Origin: the human T2T-CHM13v2.0 reference genome, Homo sapiens
NCBI RefSeq assembly: GCF_009914755.1
Contig: NC_060937.1
DNA: 64,000 nucleotides
Direction: 5' to 3' (one strand)
Part shown: positions 14,300 through 31,928 of the stretch, one piece after another
How positions within the stretch are numbered: position 1 is the stretch's first letter
Layout of the letters: every line of letters begins with the position of its first letter
Made by a program: the position numbers and the translations under genes
Notes under the pieces: model-generated
Seen by the model: the letters and a program-made list of their open reading frames with translations, nothing else
Databases searched by the model: none
Told to the model about the DNA's origin: nothing

Positions 14300-14817
14300 T
14301 CTCTTGCCACTGCCTGCCCCACATTCAATTCCCCCTTCTCCTGGCAACAGCTCCCTGATGGTCCTTTTGAGAATCACATCGTGGCAACTCTAGTTCTATC
14401 TGAGAATGGCTGGCCAACTCCACCCCACCCCTGCTCCCTCCTTCCCCAGCTCCAAGGCAGAGCATGATCCACTCAGGCTAATGAACATACTCCATCCTAT
14501 CATGACTAGCTCAAGGATCAACCTCATTCCGAGTCTCATTCCTAGAGCTTCTTCTGGAGTGACAGGGCTGCTCTGTTGTTCCTCTGGGGTTGCTGTGCTG
14601 AGGAATGGTCCTGAGACTGTCACAGGCCACTCTGCAGAGAGGATTGGCCTGACACTGAAGCCAGTGTATGAGGAACTAGAGCTGAGAGAAAGAGAGAGAG
14701 AGAGAAGCCAAGGCCTGATAGTATCTCTTAGAGCTTTCAGCAGCTGGCTGCTTGGCACTGCTCCAGCTAATTGGAGCTGGCTTCTCTTACTGGTGACCCA
14801 AAGAGGCCTGTATGACA
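14300..14817 (+). mobile_element. ERVL solo LTR (LTR33-like)
   Basis: attcccccttctcctggcaacagctccctgat...ttggagctggcttctcttactggtgacccaaagaggcctg. Confidence 0.6.
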
Positions 14818-15261
14818 TGCCCGGCACTCAGGCTTTGCTAACGCGATGGGCATCCTGTCACCAGCACCACTGTGCTGCTCCATCCAGCAGTTGGGTCCTC
14901 ACTGATACCGCCCTCACCATCCCCCGAGCTGGGCTGAACCTTGCTTTTACTCTGACAAAACTAGAGCTTTCTCTCAAATCCTCTGAACACCAAGGAGGCA
15001 AAGTCATTTCTGCCTGGTTCTCTTGTGCTCTTGACTGGCCATTCCCTCTTTTTCCAGCATAAAGTGCACATCCCTAGGTTATGCCACCCAAGAATTCTTT
15101 CTCAGCTCTCCTCAACTGGACTCATTCTACAGGAACCAAGAGATAGGAAACTTCAGGATCCATCAGCACTGCTCTCCTTCTCACGTTCTCAAGCCATAAC
15201 CTGCATTTCATGACATTCTTTCCCTTCTTGGGGACAGTTCCTGTCTGGCTACCAAGACTGA

Positions 15262-15672
<411 letters not shown>

Positions 15673-16425
15673 TAACTCACGTTTCCAAGTACATGCCCTC
15701 GCCCTTTGGTTTACAACAGAACACACTATACACACTGCTGAAAGTTAGGAGAAGTATTTTCAGAACCGGAAGTGATGGTAGACAGCGTGTATTCTGCCCT
15801 CTCACTTTATACGTAAGAAAATTGGAGACCAGATAGGTTGTAGTTTGTCCTGATTACACAGATGGTTACTTAACAATTGATTAATGGTCCAAAAAGATGG
15901 CGGGGAAAGATCACCCAGCTACTCTTGTTGTTTGACTTTAATGAAATACTGAAACCAGTGCTTGTTAGTGAAACAATAACCAGTCCCCTCCCCCTACTCC
16001 CATTGGTTGACTTGGTTGTCCTGCATTGGGCAACTGGGAATGCTTTGACTAATTTAGATTTGGGAAAAAAGACAGAGTTGGGAGCTTTGAGTATTTGAGA
16101 TTAAGCTGAAAGAGTAATATGAACAGTGGAAGGGACAAAACCCTTTTTGGTTGCTGAAAACGTCTGATTAATGCGTTTCTGCACGTCTGTACATAACTTC
16201 TTCACTCCAATTGAAACGCTCATTCAATGGCTGCTTGATGTCCCTGGAACTACTAATTACCCTAAGAAGATAAAAGCTCAGATGAGCCCCAGGCTGACCT
16301 TGAGGCAGTCCTGGGGAGGACTGAGTCACAGGGCCCACTGCAGAGTCACAAAGCCAGGATTTGGATTCAGTTTTCCAAAGCTTCCTCAGCCCTACCCTCA
16401 AATGCACACATTTTCAACCTCTTCA

Positions 16426-17157
<732 letters not shown>

Positions 17158-17238
17158 AGATTCTTTATGTTTTAAGAGACAATGTCAACAACGACAAAAA
17201 AATTCTTGGTGGGGTAAAGAAGTATTTTATCATAGGCG

Positions 17239-17241
<3 letters not shown>

Positions 17242-17284
<43 letters not shown>
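17242..17284. repeat. (CA)n microsatellite, about 21 units
   Basis: Pure CA run. Confidence 0.97.
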
Positions 17285-17286
<2 letters not shown>

Positions 17287-17550
17287 GTGTATATATTGTT
17301 TTGTGTACTAAAGTGAAGGACTTGTTTGGACAATTGGAGAGTGAGTTTGTGGCACTTCCTGAGGAAATATGCAAAACCTGACTGGGGGCGAGCGGCAATC
17401 TGGAGCCATTTCTCTTTAGCTATTTACTGCAACCTTTGGAACAATTAAATTTGATTGCTTTTTAAAGACGGTAATAATGAGATCTCTTTCTCAGCAGAAG
17501 CCAGAATTGTGAGATTCTGCTCCTTTCTGTTAGTTACCTTTCTTTTAAAA

Positions 17551-17842
17551 AATTTATTTATTTTTTAGAGACAAACTCTCGCGCTGATGCCCAGACTGCA
17601 GTGGCGCAATCATAGCTCACTGTAGCCTCAACCTCCTGGACTCAAATGATCCTCCCACCCCAGCCTCCTCTGAGTCACTGGGACTACAGGTGTGTGCCAT
17701 GCCAGGCTAATTTTTTAATATTTTGTAGAGATGGGGTCTCACTGTGTTGCCCAGGCTGGTCTTGAACTCCCAGCCCCAAGCAATCCTCCTGCCTTGGCCT
17801 CTCAAAGTGCTGGGAATACAGGTGTGAGCCACCATGCCTGGA
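17551..17842 (-). mobile_element. AluJ-like SINE
   Basis: TSD gttacctttct at 17533 and 17844. Confidence 0.94.
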
Positions 17843-18365
17843 TGTTACCTTTCTATGTGCCTGTGTCTACATCCCCAGTAGAGTGCTAGCTCCTTTTCTT
17901 TGTCTTTGTGTACTTCACGGACCCTGCTCTGGGCCTTGGGTGCAGGTCTCAGTCAATGCTGCTTGGTTGGTTAATTGTCATCTGGGACTGCCAATTTCCT
18001 TCAAAACCAAGAGGATGGCTTGGCTTGGGAGCTTATACCTTGAGCATAAAAGACAAGCCAAAGACAAATTTAAAATGTGGTCTTGGTCTGGCTGTCTGAG
18101 CAGACCAGGATGGGACCAGATATGCCTGAGAGAACCCAGCAGAGCGGTCAGACAGCCACAAGTGCTTGTCTCACCTTGGCTCACCCAGGCCTGTCCTCTG
18201 TCCCCTGGAAAGGAAGAGCAGAGCCTTGCTCATGGCTTGGAATTTAGACGTGATTTTTCAGCTGGATCAGTCACCTCTGAGTCCTGTGTCACTTGCTTCT
18301 CTCTGCGTCTCCGTCTCTCTCTGTGTAGGCTGAGTTTCTTTGTGGCATGTAAAAAAAAGGAAATG

Positions 18366-18677
<312 letters not shown>

Positions 18678-20103
18678 CTATAACAATGCCCTTCACCTCC
18701 CATTTGAACAGTTCTATTTCAAAGAGGAGTGATCCTTGTTTTTAAAGAAGAGTGATTTCTACCTGTGAGGACCAGAAATGTCTCTTCTCCCACACCCCCA
18801 ATTCCTATAGTGCTTCTTAATTCTGGGAATGCCACAGTTTGTAATCCATTCCTTTTTCCTCTATTAAAATATTAACACTCTTCAGGAGCTCATTCAAAAC
18901 ATGGTAGCAGCTATGCATACTTTATCAGGTACTGGGCTTTTCTTATTTCACTAGAAAAGAAGCAGATAAAAAGCATGGGTCCTGGGAAAGGGGGGCTAGA
19001 AAGAGATGTAGCTTTAGGAGAAGAGGAGTTGGGGGGAAAACGAAGCCAAATGGTGAAGCTGAAGATCCCAAAGAGAAACTTTTCTTCTTCGTCATTTTCC
19101 CCAATATCTGCCCTGCCCATCTGTCCCTGTGTATACCTGTAGGCCATTCCTATGTGTCTCCTTAGGCATACCAACACCATTCCACCAGTGCATGGTACTA
19201 ACTGATCCTTTGAAATCACTTCAACATTTGGCATTGAAACCATGGAGAATCTTCTGCATTTTCAGTTAAGTACTTTTCATTCATTTACGCAACAAATGTT
19301 GATTTAACACTGTGCTAGGCATAGAAGATATGACAGATAAGTTGGTTTCACTTGTATAGGGAAAAGAGTTGTGCCCATGTCTAATTAGACTGTGCTTTGT
19401 AAGAAAAAAATGTATACCTGTTTCACTTAGTGAGGGAGAGAGAGAGAGAGAGTGCCTGTGTGTGTGCGTGCACGTGCGTGAGACATTGAAAGTACGAGGA
19501 AATTGGTGAGTTTTTGGGAGTTTTGCTACATCTATTTCTAAGTATTTTGAATATTCCAATTATGTGAATGTCTTAATTTTTCATGTCGCAATTCAAGCCA
19601 TTGTCTCCTTATTTCTTGTGGTCATAAGGTTATAAATAAAGAACAAATTCCTGGAAAGTCATTTCATACCATCAAGCCACTAAAAATTAGTAACAAAAGG
19701 AAAAAAAGTAGACCACAAATATATGTTTTGTATTTATTTGTTAATATTAAGTGCATAAAACTAAACACTTTAAAGCAATCTTGCTAATATTGCTTTGGGG
19801 GGCTTTTCTGCAAAGGATGTACCTTCTGGAATTCTTTAAAATGAGTCCATCCAAATCTACGCTAAAGATGGCTTCTACTGTCAGCACAGTCACCCTCCAC
19901 TGCCAGAAGCCCTTGACATGATACAAAACTGAAAAGGCTTCCTTCTCAAGCATCCTCCTCATTGAATATGTACAAGTTGAAATTCCTCGAACGGTAGTAG
20001 CCAAAAATTTCTCTTTCCTTGCTCACGGGCAGCTGGGAGGTCAGTCTGTCACAAGTCCCAGGCTGTTCATCTGGCATGTGCAGACAAAGTTCTAAATACC
20101 CCC

Positions 20104-20269
20104 ATCCAGGACTGGCTAGATTATTTGTGGGACCCAGTGCAAAATGAAAATGGCAAGCCCCTGTTCAAAAATTAAGAATTTCAAAATGATGACAAGAGAG
20201 CATTGAACCAAGCATGGGCTCTTCTGAGCATGGGGCTCTGGGCAAATGTAGTACATGACGCCGGCCTTG
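20104..20269. mobile_element. MER45A-like hAT-Tip100 element
   Basis: caggactggctagattatttgtgggacccagtgcaaaatgaaaatg...aagaatttcaa...gccggccttg. Confidence 0.75.
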
Positions 20270-21921
20270 CGCTCCTCTGGATGGACAAACAGCTTTGAGA
20301 CACTGGCCATGCTACCCTCCTAACCCACATCCAGAGCTCTAGGGCACTTTTTCAAGTGCAATTCTCTGCCTATCTTGAGCAATGTCCCTCTCTTGGCCCC
20401 ACCCCACCGCTTCTCTCTTAAGTTCCCTTTCTTCCTACCTCCAAGCATTTTGACACATCTAGATATGACCTATTGGATCTCTGGATTCAAACGCAAGGCC
20501 TGTTCCAAAATCAGTTCTAATCCCACATACATATGGGTCTTTCAACATTTCCTTGTTATCTCCATGCTCTCCTCTTTGGGGTGTCCAAATGGATCTTAAC
20601 TACCAAGTCCTCAAGTGTCACACAGGTGTGACACAGTGGGCACATGGGAGGTGGGATGCCAGGGGTTAATCTGGCCTACTCAGAGGGCCAAGAAAGAGCC
20701 AAAAGGAAATGATGTTTCCAACCATTTCCTTCACTTCACCTCTGTATCATTAATTTTTTTTTTTAATTCCACAATTTTCCACCTCCTGCCATTTCTCTTG
20801 GTCTTGTTCCTCTACCTTCTCTGTGAAGCCCTTGTCAAGGCCATCTTGGACCCACAACTAGAGTGGGAAGCCAAGGATGAAGGGGCAGCAAAAGGCCCTG
20901 GAGCAAATGTTCAAGCACAGAGCCATGCACACTAGGCCACGAACTTCCCGTCACACATGCTCTGGAGGAAGAGGAAATGCTTGACGCATCATCGCTCAGA
21001 TTGCCTTGGTGGAAACTGCTTTCGATGGTTCACGTCTAGCAGTGTAACTCGATGACTCACAAAACAGCCTTTATTCATTGACGTGTTCTTCAGAGGACTC
21101 CATGAAATGACTCACACCTCTATTTACTAGGTTTTATTGGGAATGTGAGGTGAAATCTTTTCCCCTGGGAACAGGAAGTTTTCAGTGTTTCTTAGAAGAG
21201 GACGTGGGGACCTGATAGCAACACACATGTTGTTGATGGGCGGACTTTCTCTATCAGGGAGGCTCAGCTGGAGCAACAGAGCAGCATTTCTGGAGGAGGG
21301 CATATCAGTTTTGACACCTGTTTTCAGAATCATCCACAGAAGGTAAGGCTGGACGAAATGTTTCCTGTTGTGAATATTTAGAAGAGAGTCTGAGAATCAG
21401 AAAGTATTTTAGGGAGCATTGATGAAAGGTTCAACAACTGTGTCTTGTGACGGCAGTCATTGATTTTTTTCCTATTGGGAATATGAGGGTATCCACAGTC
21501 AACGGGAAACGAGGGGAGGCCCAGTCAACCCCAGCACCCCAAGGATGATTGCTTGCTCACGGGAACTGAGCAGACTATGAACTCAATAGCCATAGACTTT
21601 GGACTCCCAGACAGGTGTGACAAGCAACAGCCGGGCAGATGAGGGACTTTACACCAGAGGCCAGCAGATACCACAAAGCAGATGCCTTCATGCCTGCAGG
21701 AGCCCAGGGGCCCTCTCTTCCTCAACGGCCACAGAACGAAACAGCCACACTCCCCATCCCCCACCATCAGATGCCATCTTAGGGAAAGAAGCCAGAGGGA
21801 GGCAAGGCCATCTGAGAGAGTGAGCGATTATACAAGAGAAGCAATTAGAATCATCAAGTGATTACACGAGTAAAAATCATCAAGTGATTTACACAAGTGA
21901 TTATAAAAGAGAAATAATTGA

Positions 21922-22235
<314 letters not shown>

Positions 22236-22519
22236 GAGAAATAATTTAAATTTTGGAGTGAGGTAAGCTTTAACCTGGATGAGCCATTTCATGAAAATGT
22301 TCCCAGTAGCCAATGGATGGGGACAGAGAAAAATAAAAATGATGCAGTTATTTATAGACCAAATTAAATCATGGTGGGTTAATCTATATGTCAAATGGTA
22401 CCTGCATGAATTGGCAACCCTGCTGCACAATTGGTTACGTAACACTTGTTACACATCAGATCCTATCCCAGAAGTGGGGGACAAATTCCAGTTTAAGACA
22501 GAGGCAGCTGGGAAACAAT

Positions 22520-23500
<981 letters not shown>

Positions 23501-24860
23501 GATGTGGTACCTGACAGCCAGTAATTCAGAATGTCTCCAAAAAGTAAAATGAAAACTTGGACTTCTCCTTGCACTTGTCACTTGGGCAGTTATTGGAGAC
23601 CTTCATAAGAGCAGGTTCAGTGGGGTGACAGGGATAAAAGCCAATTTGCAGTGAATGAGAAAGTGAAGTTACTCTCTTCTCCTGATGCCTTATTCTTCCT
23701 GGGGGGCCGCTGTCTTGCTGAAGGGCCCCCTTGGAAAACAGAGGGCATCACGGACTCCTCCCTCTTTCCACATGATGTACTTGGCCAGTTTTTGAGTTCT
23801 GTTGATCCCTTTCCCTTAGGATCTCTTGATGCCATTCCCTGTTCTCCACACTCCCTCCCGCCTTAATCCAGTCTTTCCAAGATTTGCTGCCTAACTTTAA
23901 ACAAAACTGAGGAATATTTTTTAAAAACACAAATCAGGATGAAGTTTCACTTATAAAGTTCTTCATGACCAAGTCCCCAAGATTCCTCTCCACCCCCCAA
24001 TGCCTCCCATTCTAGCTCTGCTCCCCAAAGCCCTCTGCTCTGCCTGGACTGAGACCCCAGGGATCCCCCCTCCCTTCAGCTCTCAGCTCCCTGTGCTCAT
24101 CGCTAGCATGGTACCCCATGGTCAGCACTGCCACCTGTTCGTCCTTGCTCTCCCCACCCCACCGCCAGCTCTTTGAAGATGGGGACCCCACTGTGTTCAT
24201 CTTTTGTGTCCACAGCCGCCAGTAAAGTAGCCAGCATGGATGTACAAACTCAATACGTGTATGCTGAATAAAGAAATGAACAAGTTGTCAGTTCTCCAAG
24301 AGACTTGATTATGAGGGGGTTTATGATTCAAAGTGATGTCTTTTTTTTTTTTTTTAAGATGGGAGAAACTGAGGTTTAGATCCTGAGAGGAGTGAGCCAG
24401 CAGAGACAGAGAGAGGTTGAAATACAGGAGAGAGGAGGATTACGTGGAGCCATGCCCCTGAGCATGCAGGGTGGGATGAGAAGGGGGTGGGAGCTGGAAG
24501 GCACAGGAAGCAGGGACCTGGGGGTGGGGAGATGCCAATTCCATGGGGCAAAGGTGGGCTTAGAAGCAGAAATGTTCCCATGTGCTTGAAAACGAAGTTG
24601 AGGGCTTTTTCTCCTGATGGCCTCTATCTGCTCAGCAATGAGGAGGCAAAGTGTGAGAGTGAATGGGATTGGGCTAGGGCAGAGGGTTAGCAGAAAAGTG
24701 AAAGTTTGGAAGAACCACTAGGCGGGATGAGTTGGTCATGCTGTGGTGACAACGCCAAATCTCAGTGACATGACACACGACCCACACTCATTCTCACTCT
24801 ACTTAGAAGTCCAGTGCAGCTGGACATCAATGATCTGCTTCTTAGAATTTCTCAAGGGCC

Positions 24861-25889
24861 CAGGCTGGCTTCATCATTTTTGGGAAAATGCAGTGCCCCA
24901 CCTTGCGGCTGGGATGCCAGTCTCCCTTCCCGCAGGTTCTGCTGCACCCACCCATAGCCGATGGCCGGCCTCCGAGGGGCTGCCATCTCCACACTGGAAT
25001 GCACTTGGTACCCAGATTGGGGTGGGCATAAGGCCCTGTTTTAGCTTCCCACTGAGTGTGTCGGGGGGTTGACACCTGCTGCCTTGCTCTGCCCTGAGAT
25101 GCTGCAAGCCGTATGCCCAACTGCTGTGGCTTGAATGTTTTTGTCCCCTTCAAAATTCTTGTGTTGAAAACTTAATCCCCAATGCAACAGTGTGGGAGGT
25201 GAGGCCTTTTGGGAGGTGCTTTGGTCACTGGGGCTCTGCCCTCATGAGTGGAATCTTGCTTGCCATTGCAAAAAGGGCTTGTGAGAGTGGGTTCACTCTC
25301 TCTTGCCCTTTCGTCTTCTGCCTTCTGCCACATGTGGATCAAGTAAGAAGTCCTGCACCAGATGCCAGCACCTTGGATCCCGGACTTCCCAGTCTCCAGG
25401 ACCGTGAGATAGTCAATTTCTGTTCTTTATAAATGACCCTGTCTCAGGTATTCTGTTATGGCAGCACCCAACAGACTAAGACACCAGCCTGCCACATGTG
25501 TCCTCCTGGGCCCCCACCAGGGATGGAGAGTGACGGTGGAACGTGGTCTCCTCACTTCGTGTGACCCAGCTACTTCCCTGGGTAAAGGGCAGCATCTGTA
25601 GTAGGGTGGGGGCAGGGAGGGGAAACTGGGCAGGGCCAAGGCACCGGGAGAAGAACAGATGTCTGAGAAAACATCCTGGGAGTCAACAGGAGGCAGGAGC
25701 ACGCATGCGTGAGGCTCCACATTCCTGGCAGGCTCCATTGTCTCGTTACACTTCACTTAGGGAGCACAAGTTCAAAGGTAAAATTCTGAAGAATTTCAAG
25801 AGAGCAATTATAGAGTGTTAAACCCTAACCTTCTGGGTGCTTGTCCTGTGCAACTGCACTGGCCCCGCATGCCCGTGGTACAGGCCCTG
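24861..25889. mobile_element. MER45B/C-like DNA transposon interrupted by an LTR
   Basis: The end aagttcaaaggtaaaattctgaagaatttcaag...ctgtgcaactgcactgg...caggccctg resembles MER45; the left boundary is tentative. Confidence 0.5.
25122..25483 (+). mobile_element. MST/MLT1A-like MaLR solo LTR
   Basis: tgctgtggcttgaatgt...aaacttaatccccaatgcaacagtg...ctcaggtattctgttatggcagca...gactaagaca; TSD ccaac/ccagc. Confidence 0.9.
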
Positions 25890-26819
25890 CCTCTTCCCTC
25901 CTTCCCCTCCTTAACATCCTGCCTTCCCTCCTTCCTCTCCTTAACATCTTGCAGTGGCTCACATTCTTTTTCTTTTCCTCTTTTTTTTTTTTTTTTTGCA
26001 AAAAAATCCAACTGCTTTAACCTGGCTTTCAGTTTTAGGCCTCCTAACATACTGTTCTCACTGCCTGAACATGTTTACGCCCTCCTCAAATGTCCCTTGG
26101 CCTAAGTCTTATTCATCATTGAGATCTCGATTTCAGCACCACTTTCTCCAGGAAACATTCCGAGACTCTTTTGTTTAAATGCCTCACTTATTTGGTCCCA
26201 CAGCACAAAGATCAAATGCAGAAGGAACTGCACGTGGAAAGGCCAGCCACATACATCACAAAAAGAGGACTGAAGTCAGCACACAGCTTGAAAGCCGGAC
26301 TACAGGCCTTTCTTCAAGAATGGCTGGAGTGACCCTGGGGACTTGGTAGGATATAGGATGGAAGCCTTTGTGATTGTGCTGTTATTAACACATACAGGGG
26401 TATAATTGCCAATGGTCCACACTTTTGTTTACTTGCCACGTGAGCCATCTAAGTATCCTGGGATTTTATCGTCATTACCTTGGCACATGCTAAATACTCA
26501 GTTCCTATTTGCGGCCGAATCATTGAATAAAAGAATTATATTTAATAGTTATATGCTCAGGTTATTGTAGCACCCTAAGAATGTAAATTATCCATTTTAA
26601 TATCAGGGTTTCCTCAAAAAATAGAATTATTCTCTGAAACAGAGGATCTTTACCGGAGTTCCCCAGGGACTCCTAGGGAATCCATGAATTGGTTTGGGGT
26701 GGAAGGACTACAAATCCCAAAGATTGAATACTAAATTTCGTGGGTACATGTAGTTTGGGGAGGCAGATGATCAAAGTTTTCAGTATTTTTGAATGCATTT
26801 TGACTGGTCAAAGGTAATA

Positions 26820-27966
<1,147 letters not shown>

Positions 27967-27991
27967 AAAACAACAAATCTTTGTTCTGAAA

Positions 27992-28172
27992 CAGTAGTTT
28001 TTAAAGTGTTCTCCCAGAGGAATAGCATCAGTGTCATTTGGAGACTTTATCAGAAATGCAAATTCTCAGGTCCTACCTCAGACCTGCTAAATCAGAAACT
28101 CTGGGCGAAGGGCCCAATGGTCTATGTGAAGTCTCCAGTCTTCTGTTGCACTTCCAAGTTTAAGGACCACTA
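27992..28172. mobile_element. MER5A hAT-Charlie element
   Basis: cagtagtttttaaagtg...agaaatgcaaattctcagg...gacctgctaaatcagaaactctggg...aagtttaaggaccact. Confidence 0.85.
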
Positions 28173-28179
28173 AAGAATT

Positions 28180-28462
28180 AGAAATAGGCTGTTATGTTTC
28201 CAAATGTAGAGGTAAGAAGTGGGGATAAAAAATAAAAGGCAGAGAGAGAGAGAAAAGAAGACAAAGTATAGCAAATAGAAAACAAAAATAAGGCAGTAGA
28301 AATAAGCCAAAAAAAATCAGTACTCAAAATACTTGTGAACATACTAAGGTCACCAATCAAAAGACAGAGAGGCCTGGATTGGTTAAAAGCAACCCAAAGT
28401 ATCACATTGTACCTGGTAAATATATTCCATTTTTATTTGTGGATTATGCCTCAATAAACCTG
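28180..28462 (+). mobile_element. Old L1M fragments
   Basis: caccaatcaaaagacagag...gattggttaaaa (ORF2 start region) followed by a 3'-end-like attatgcctcaataaa. Confidence 0.55.
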
Positions 28463-30419
28463 GTGGGGGGGAAAGTTTACAGAAACAAAAACACAACAAT
28501 GAGTAAGTCTAGAAAGGAAAACTTACTAACATTTCCAAAGCTCCCACTTCATCGTCGTGCAGCTACTAGAGTTTTACAGTTCTGCGAGGTTGCGAGGTCA
28601 CGGGCTGGTCCAAGGTCATGAGCTGGTGGGGATCAGAGCAGGAGGAGGCCCTGGCTCCTTTCCCCCACTCTGCCCTAAGCAGGATCAGGTCTCTCTCCAC
28701 TGTGCGGTGTGTGCAGCTTGGTTCCAACCTACGTGCCTGACTATCATCTCTTATCCTTATTTACTGCCACCTAAAAGGAATTTTCATTTTTATGTATGGG
28801 TATATATGATCATCAAAGGCATTTGTTTTACTCTAGTAGGTTTTCATAAGGCTTCAAACAGTAAGTCTTTTCTTTTTTTTTTTTTTGTTTCAGCTGCAAG
28901 AAGCAAGAGGATTGGGCAAAGGTCAAGAGGCCATTTGTCAAACAGCACAAGACATGTAACAGGATATGCACAGTGAGACATGGCGGGGGAGAGCCCCCAC
29001 GGAGCCCAGGGGATGTATGACATCATAGTCACAGTCCTACATCTTCCTCTGTTTCCCCAGCTACCCTGGCTATCTCTGCAGACAGGAAGAGAGCTGCCAA
29101 GTAGGGCTGGAAAGAGACACTCGGCAGGTAGATCTTGCCGTAACAAGGAGAAGAAACTCATGGATTTCACCTAAGACCAGAGAAGGGAACATTCCCAAGA
29201 GACTTGGAGGTTCCATCTCTCAAGCAACCTGAAATTAGCAGGGATTTCTCCTGCGGCTTTGCCATGATGTGGGGAAAAGGGAAGTGGTTTTGACGCAAGG
29301 GACAGAGGGAGTGTTGGCGGTGGCAGGGGGAGCAGGGGCAGCAGCTCACTTACGGGTTAAAACCACCCTGGAGAGGCCCAGCTCTCTGAAGTTCGACATC
29401 AGAATATACATTCGAGTAAGGGTGGTCAGTTATTCAATTTTTTGAGACTCACTTTCCTTGTCTTTATACATGAGGTTTAACAAAATTGTCAAGAAGGTGA
29501 CAGAAAACAGCAGAGGAAAAAGCTGCAGTATAGTGGATACTCCATAAATATTGGTTCCCTTGGCTATATTCGTCCCCTCTTTTTCCCAAGTGTAGAGCAA
29601 CATGGATTAAAATTTATTTTGTATTTCTAGATCTCCAGCAAATGTATTTAGAACTGTTCTATTAAATTTTCCTGGAAAATAAAGCATCCCTTGCATTGAG
29701 GCTATCTAGGTAATCTATTTAACAGCATCTAAGTCTAGAAATTCAGAAACGTCTATATGTGCGCCTCTCTCTGTAATGTCCTGATTCTTTTTTTTTTCTC
29801 ATCCACTTGCCCATCAGTGATTCAGATATTCTCTCTATATTTGTGTTTGCAAAGTTCTATTCCTGAATGGAATTTTCTCCCAGGAATTCCCGACCGAGGC
29901 CATCTGCTCTGCAGGCAGAAAGTGAAGCGACCGCAGCCTGATGCAGCCAGGAAGGCAGAGGCTGAGAGGAGGGAGTGTGGCATCAGAACAGAGTCCGCCG
30001 GGGCTCTGGCTTCCTCCTCCGGGATCAAGGGAAATGTGCGAAGCACAATGCAGAATCCCGGGCGGCTCATGCCCACTCACTTGCTGGGGGAACAGATAAA
30101 ACACGAGTGAGGGGGAGATTTTGTGGGCTGACACTCCCCAGAAATGCTGTGTGCACATGGGCGTGGTGATTGATACTTAGCGCTTTGAAGCAAACACCGT
30201 GAGACTACTCAGCATTGGGAGAAGCTGTCCACGCAGACGCCCAGGAAGCAGCCCGGAGGATAGGGTGCCCCAGCAGTACTGCAGAATCCCAACTACTGAC
30301 GAGAATGAGTAAAAGAATGCACAGATTGGACATGTAAATAAACAGGTTAAATACCCTGGCAGCTCTTGAAAACAAACCCCTTTTTCTGAATCTGCTCAGA
30401 AACCTCCGTTCTCATGGTC

Positions 30420-30985
<566 letters not shown>

Positions 30986-31423
30986 CAAAAAGTGAGTTTT
31001 GCCCTCTCCCTTGTCCTCTCCCTCTGCATGGAATCAATAGCCAAGTCCTTCCTAACCTCCGTTCTCTTTGTTCCTCTCCCTCCCTTCCCTATTTCTTATT
31101 AGGCCTTTCTCACCATCCTCACAGGCAACACAGCAATAGCAGCTGTGAGTCTCCTGTCTGCCCAAGAAGGTGCCCCCTCATCAGGAAGCCGGCTCTCCTC
31201 TCACACCAGCTGGCAGGGGCCTCTCCAACCCCTGAGCTCCAAGCACACATCGCTTCCACATTCCTGTGACATGTGCCACAGTCAGCCTGGCATTGCGGTG
31301 TCTGAGCACCTGTCATTGCATCTGTGCTGAATCAGGCACTGTGAGTGCAAGGCCAGGCCCCGTGGACTTGGGTTCCCACGGGCACCTGGCAGGTTGTGGG
31401 AAGTGCTCGTTCCATCCTGAATG

Positions 31424-31928
31424 TGGACTTCAGGAAAGGACACCCCAACATATGCTGCTTTGGTATGCTGCTTTCTTTGCACTTAGGGCACTTGGAGAAC
31501 AGCAAAGGCAGCAGGGAGCTCTCTCTGAGGTCCCCTTATTTGCCTAAAGACAAGAGCCTCCGAAAGGGATTCTCACCAACCAGGGAAGATTAAGCACGAA
31601 TCAGAGGAGAGGAGTCTGGAGGCCACACTACACCCAGACATAGACTTGTCACAGGCTGTCCCCTGTTCTTCTGAGGGCCCGTTCATCTTCCCCAAAATCA
31701 TTTACTCTCCCCCAAGTTGCCTGCATTCCCCCTCCACTCTCCCCTGTGGAGCCGGTGTCTAAACTCCTAGATCTCGCTGGGCTTGGGGTGCTCACTTTTC
31801 CTTCCTCTGATGCCCGTGTGCATATAATACATTTGTATCTCTTTTTTCCTGATAATCTGTCTGTTGTCAGTTTATTTCACAGACTCAGATCTCCAACTCT
31901 CTAGAGGGAAAGTTTTCCCTTTCCTACA
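31424..31928 (+). mobile_element. ERV1 solo LTR (MER34/MER39-like)
   Basis: TG...CA termini, caccccaacatatgctgctttgg start, ttttcctgataatctgtctgttgtcagttta near the end, 4-bp TSD aatg (31420, 31929). Confidence 0.82.

Noticed and set aside
14406-15062. 218-aa ORF
   Set aside because: Largely within an LTR33-like relic and a (GA)n run; no recognisable protein similarity.
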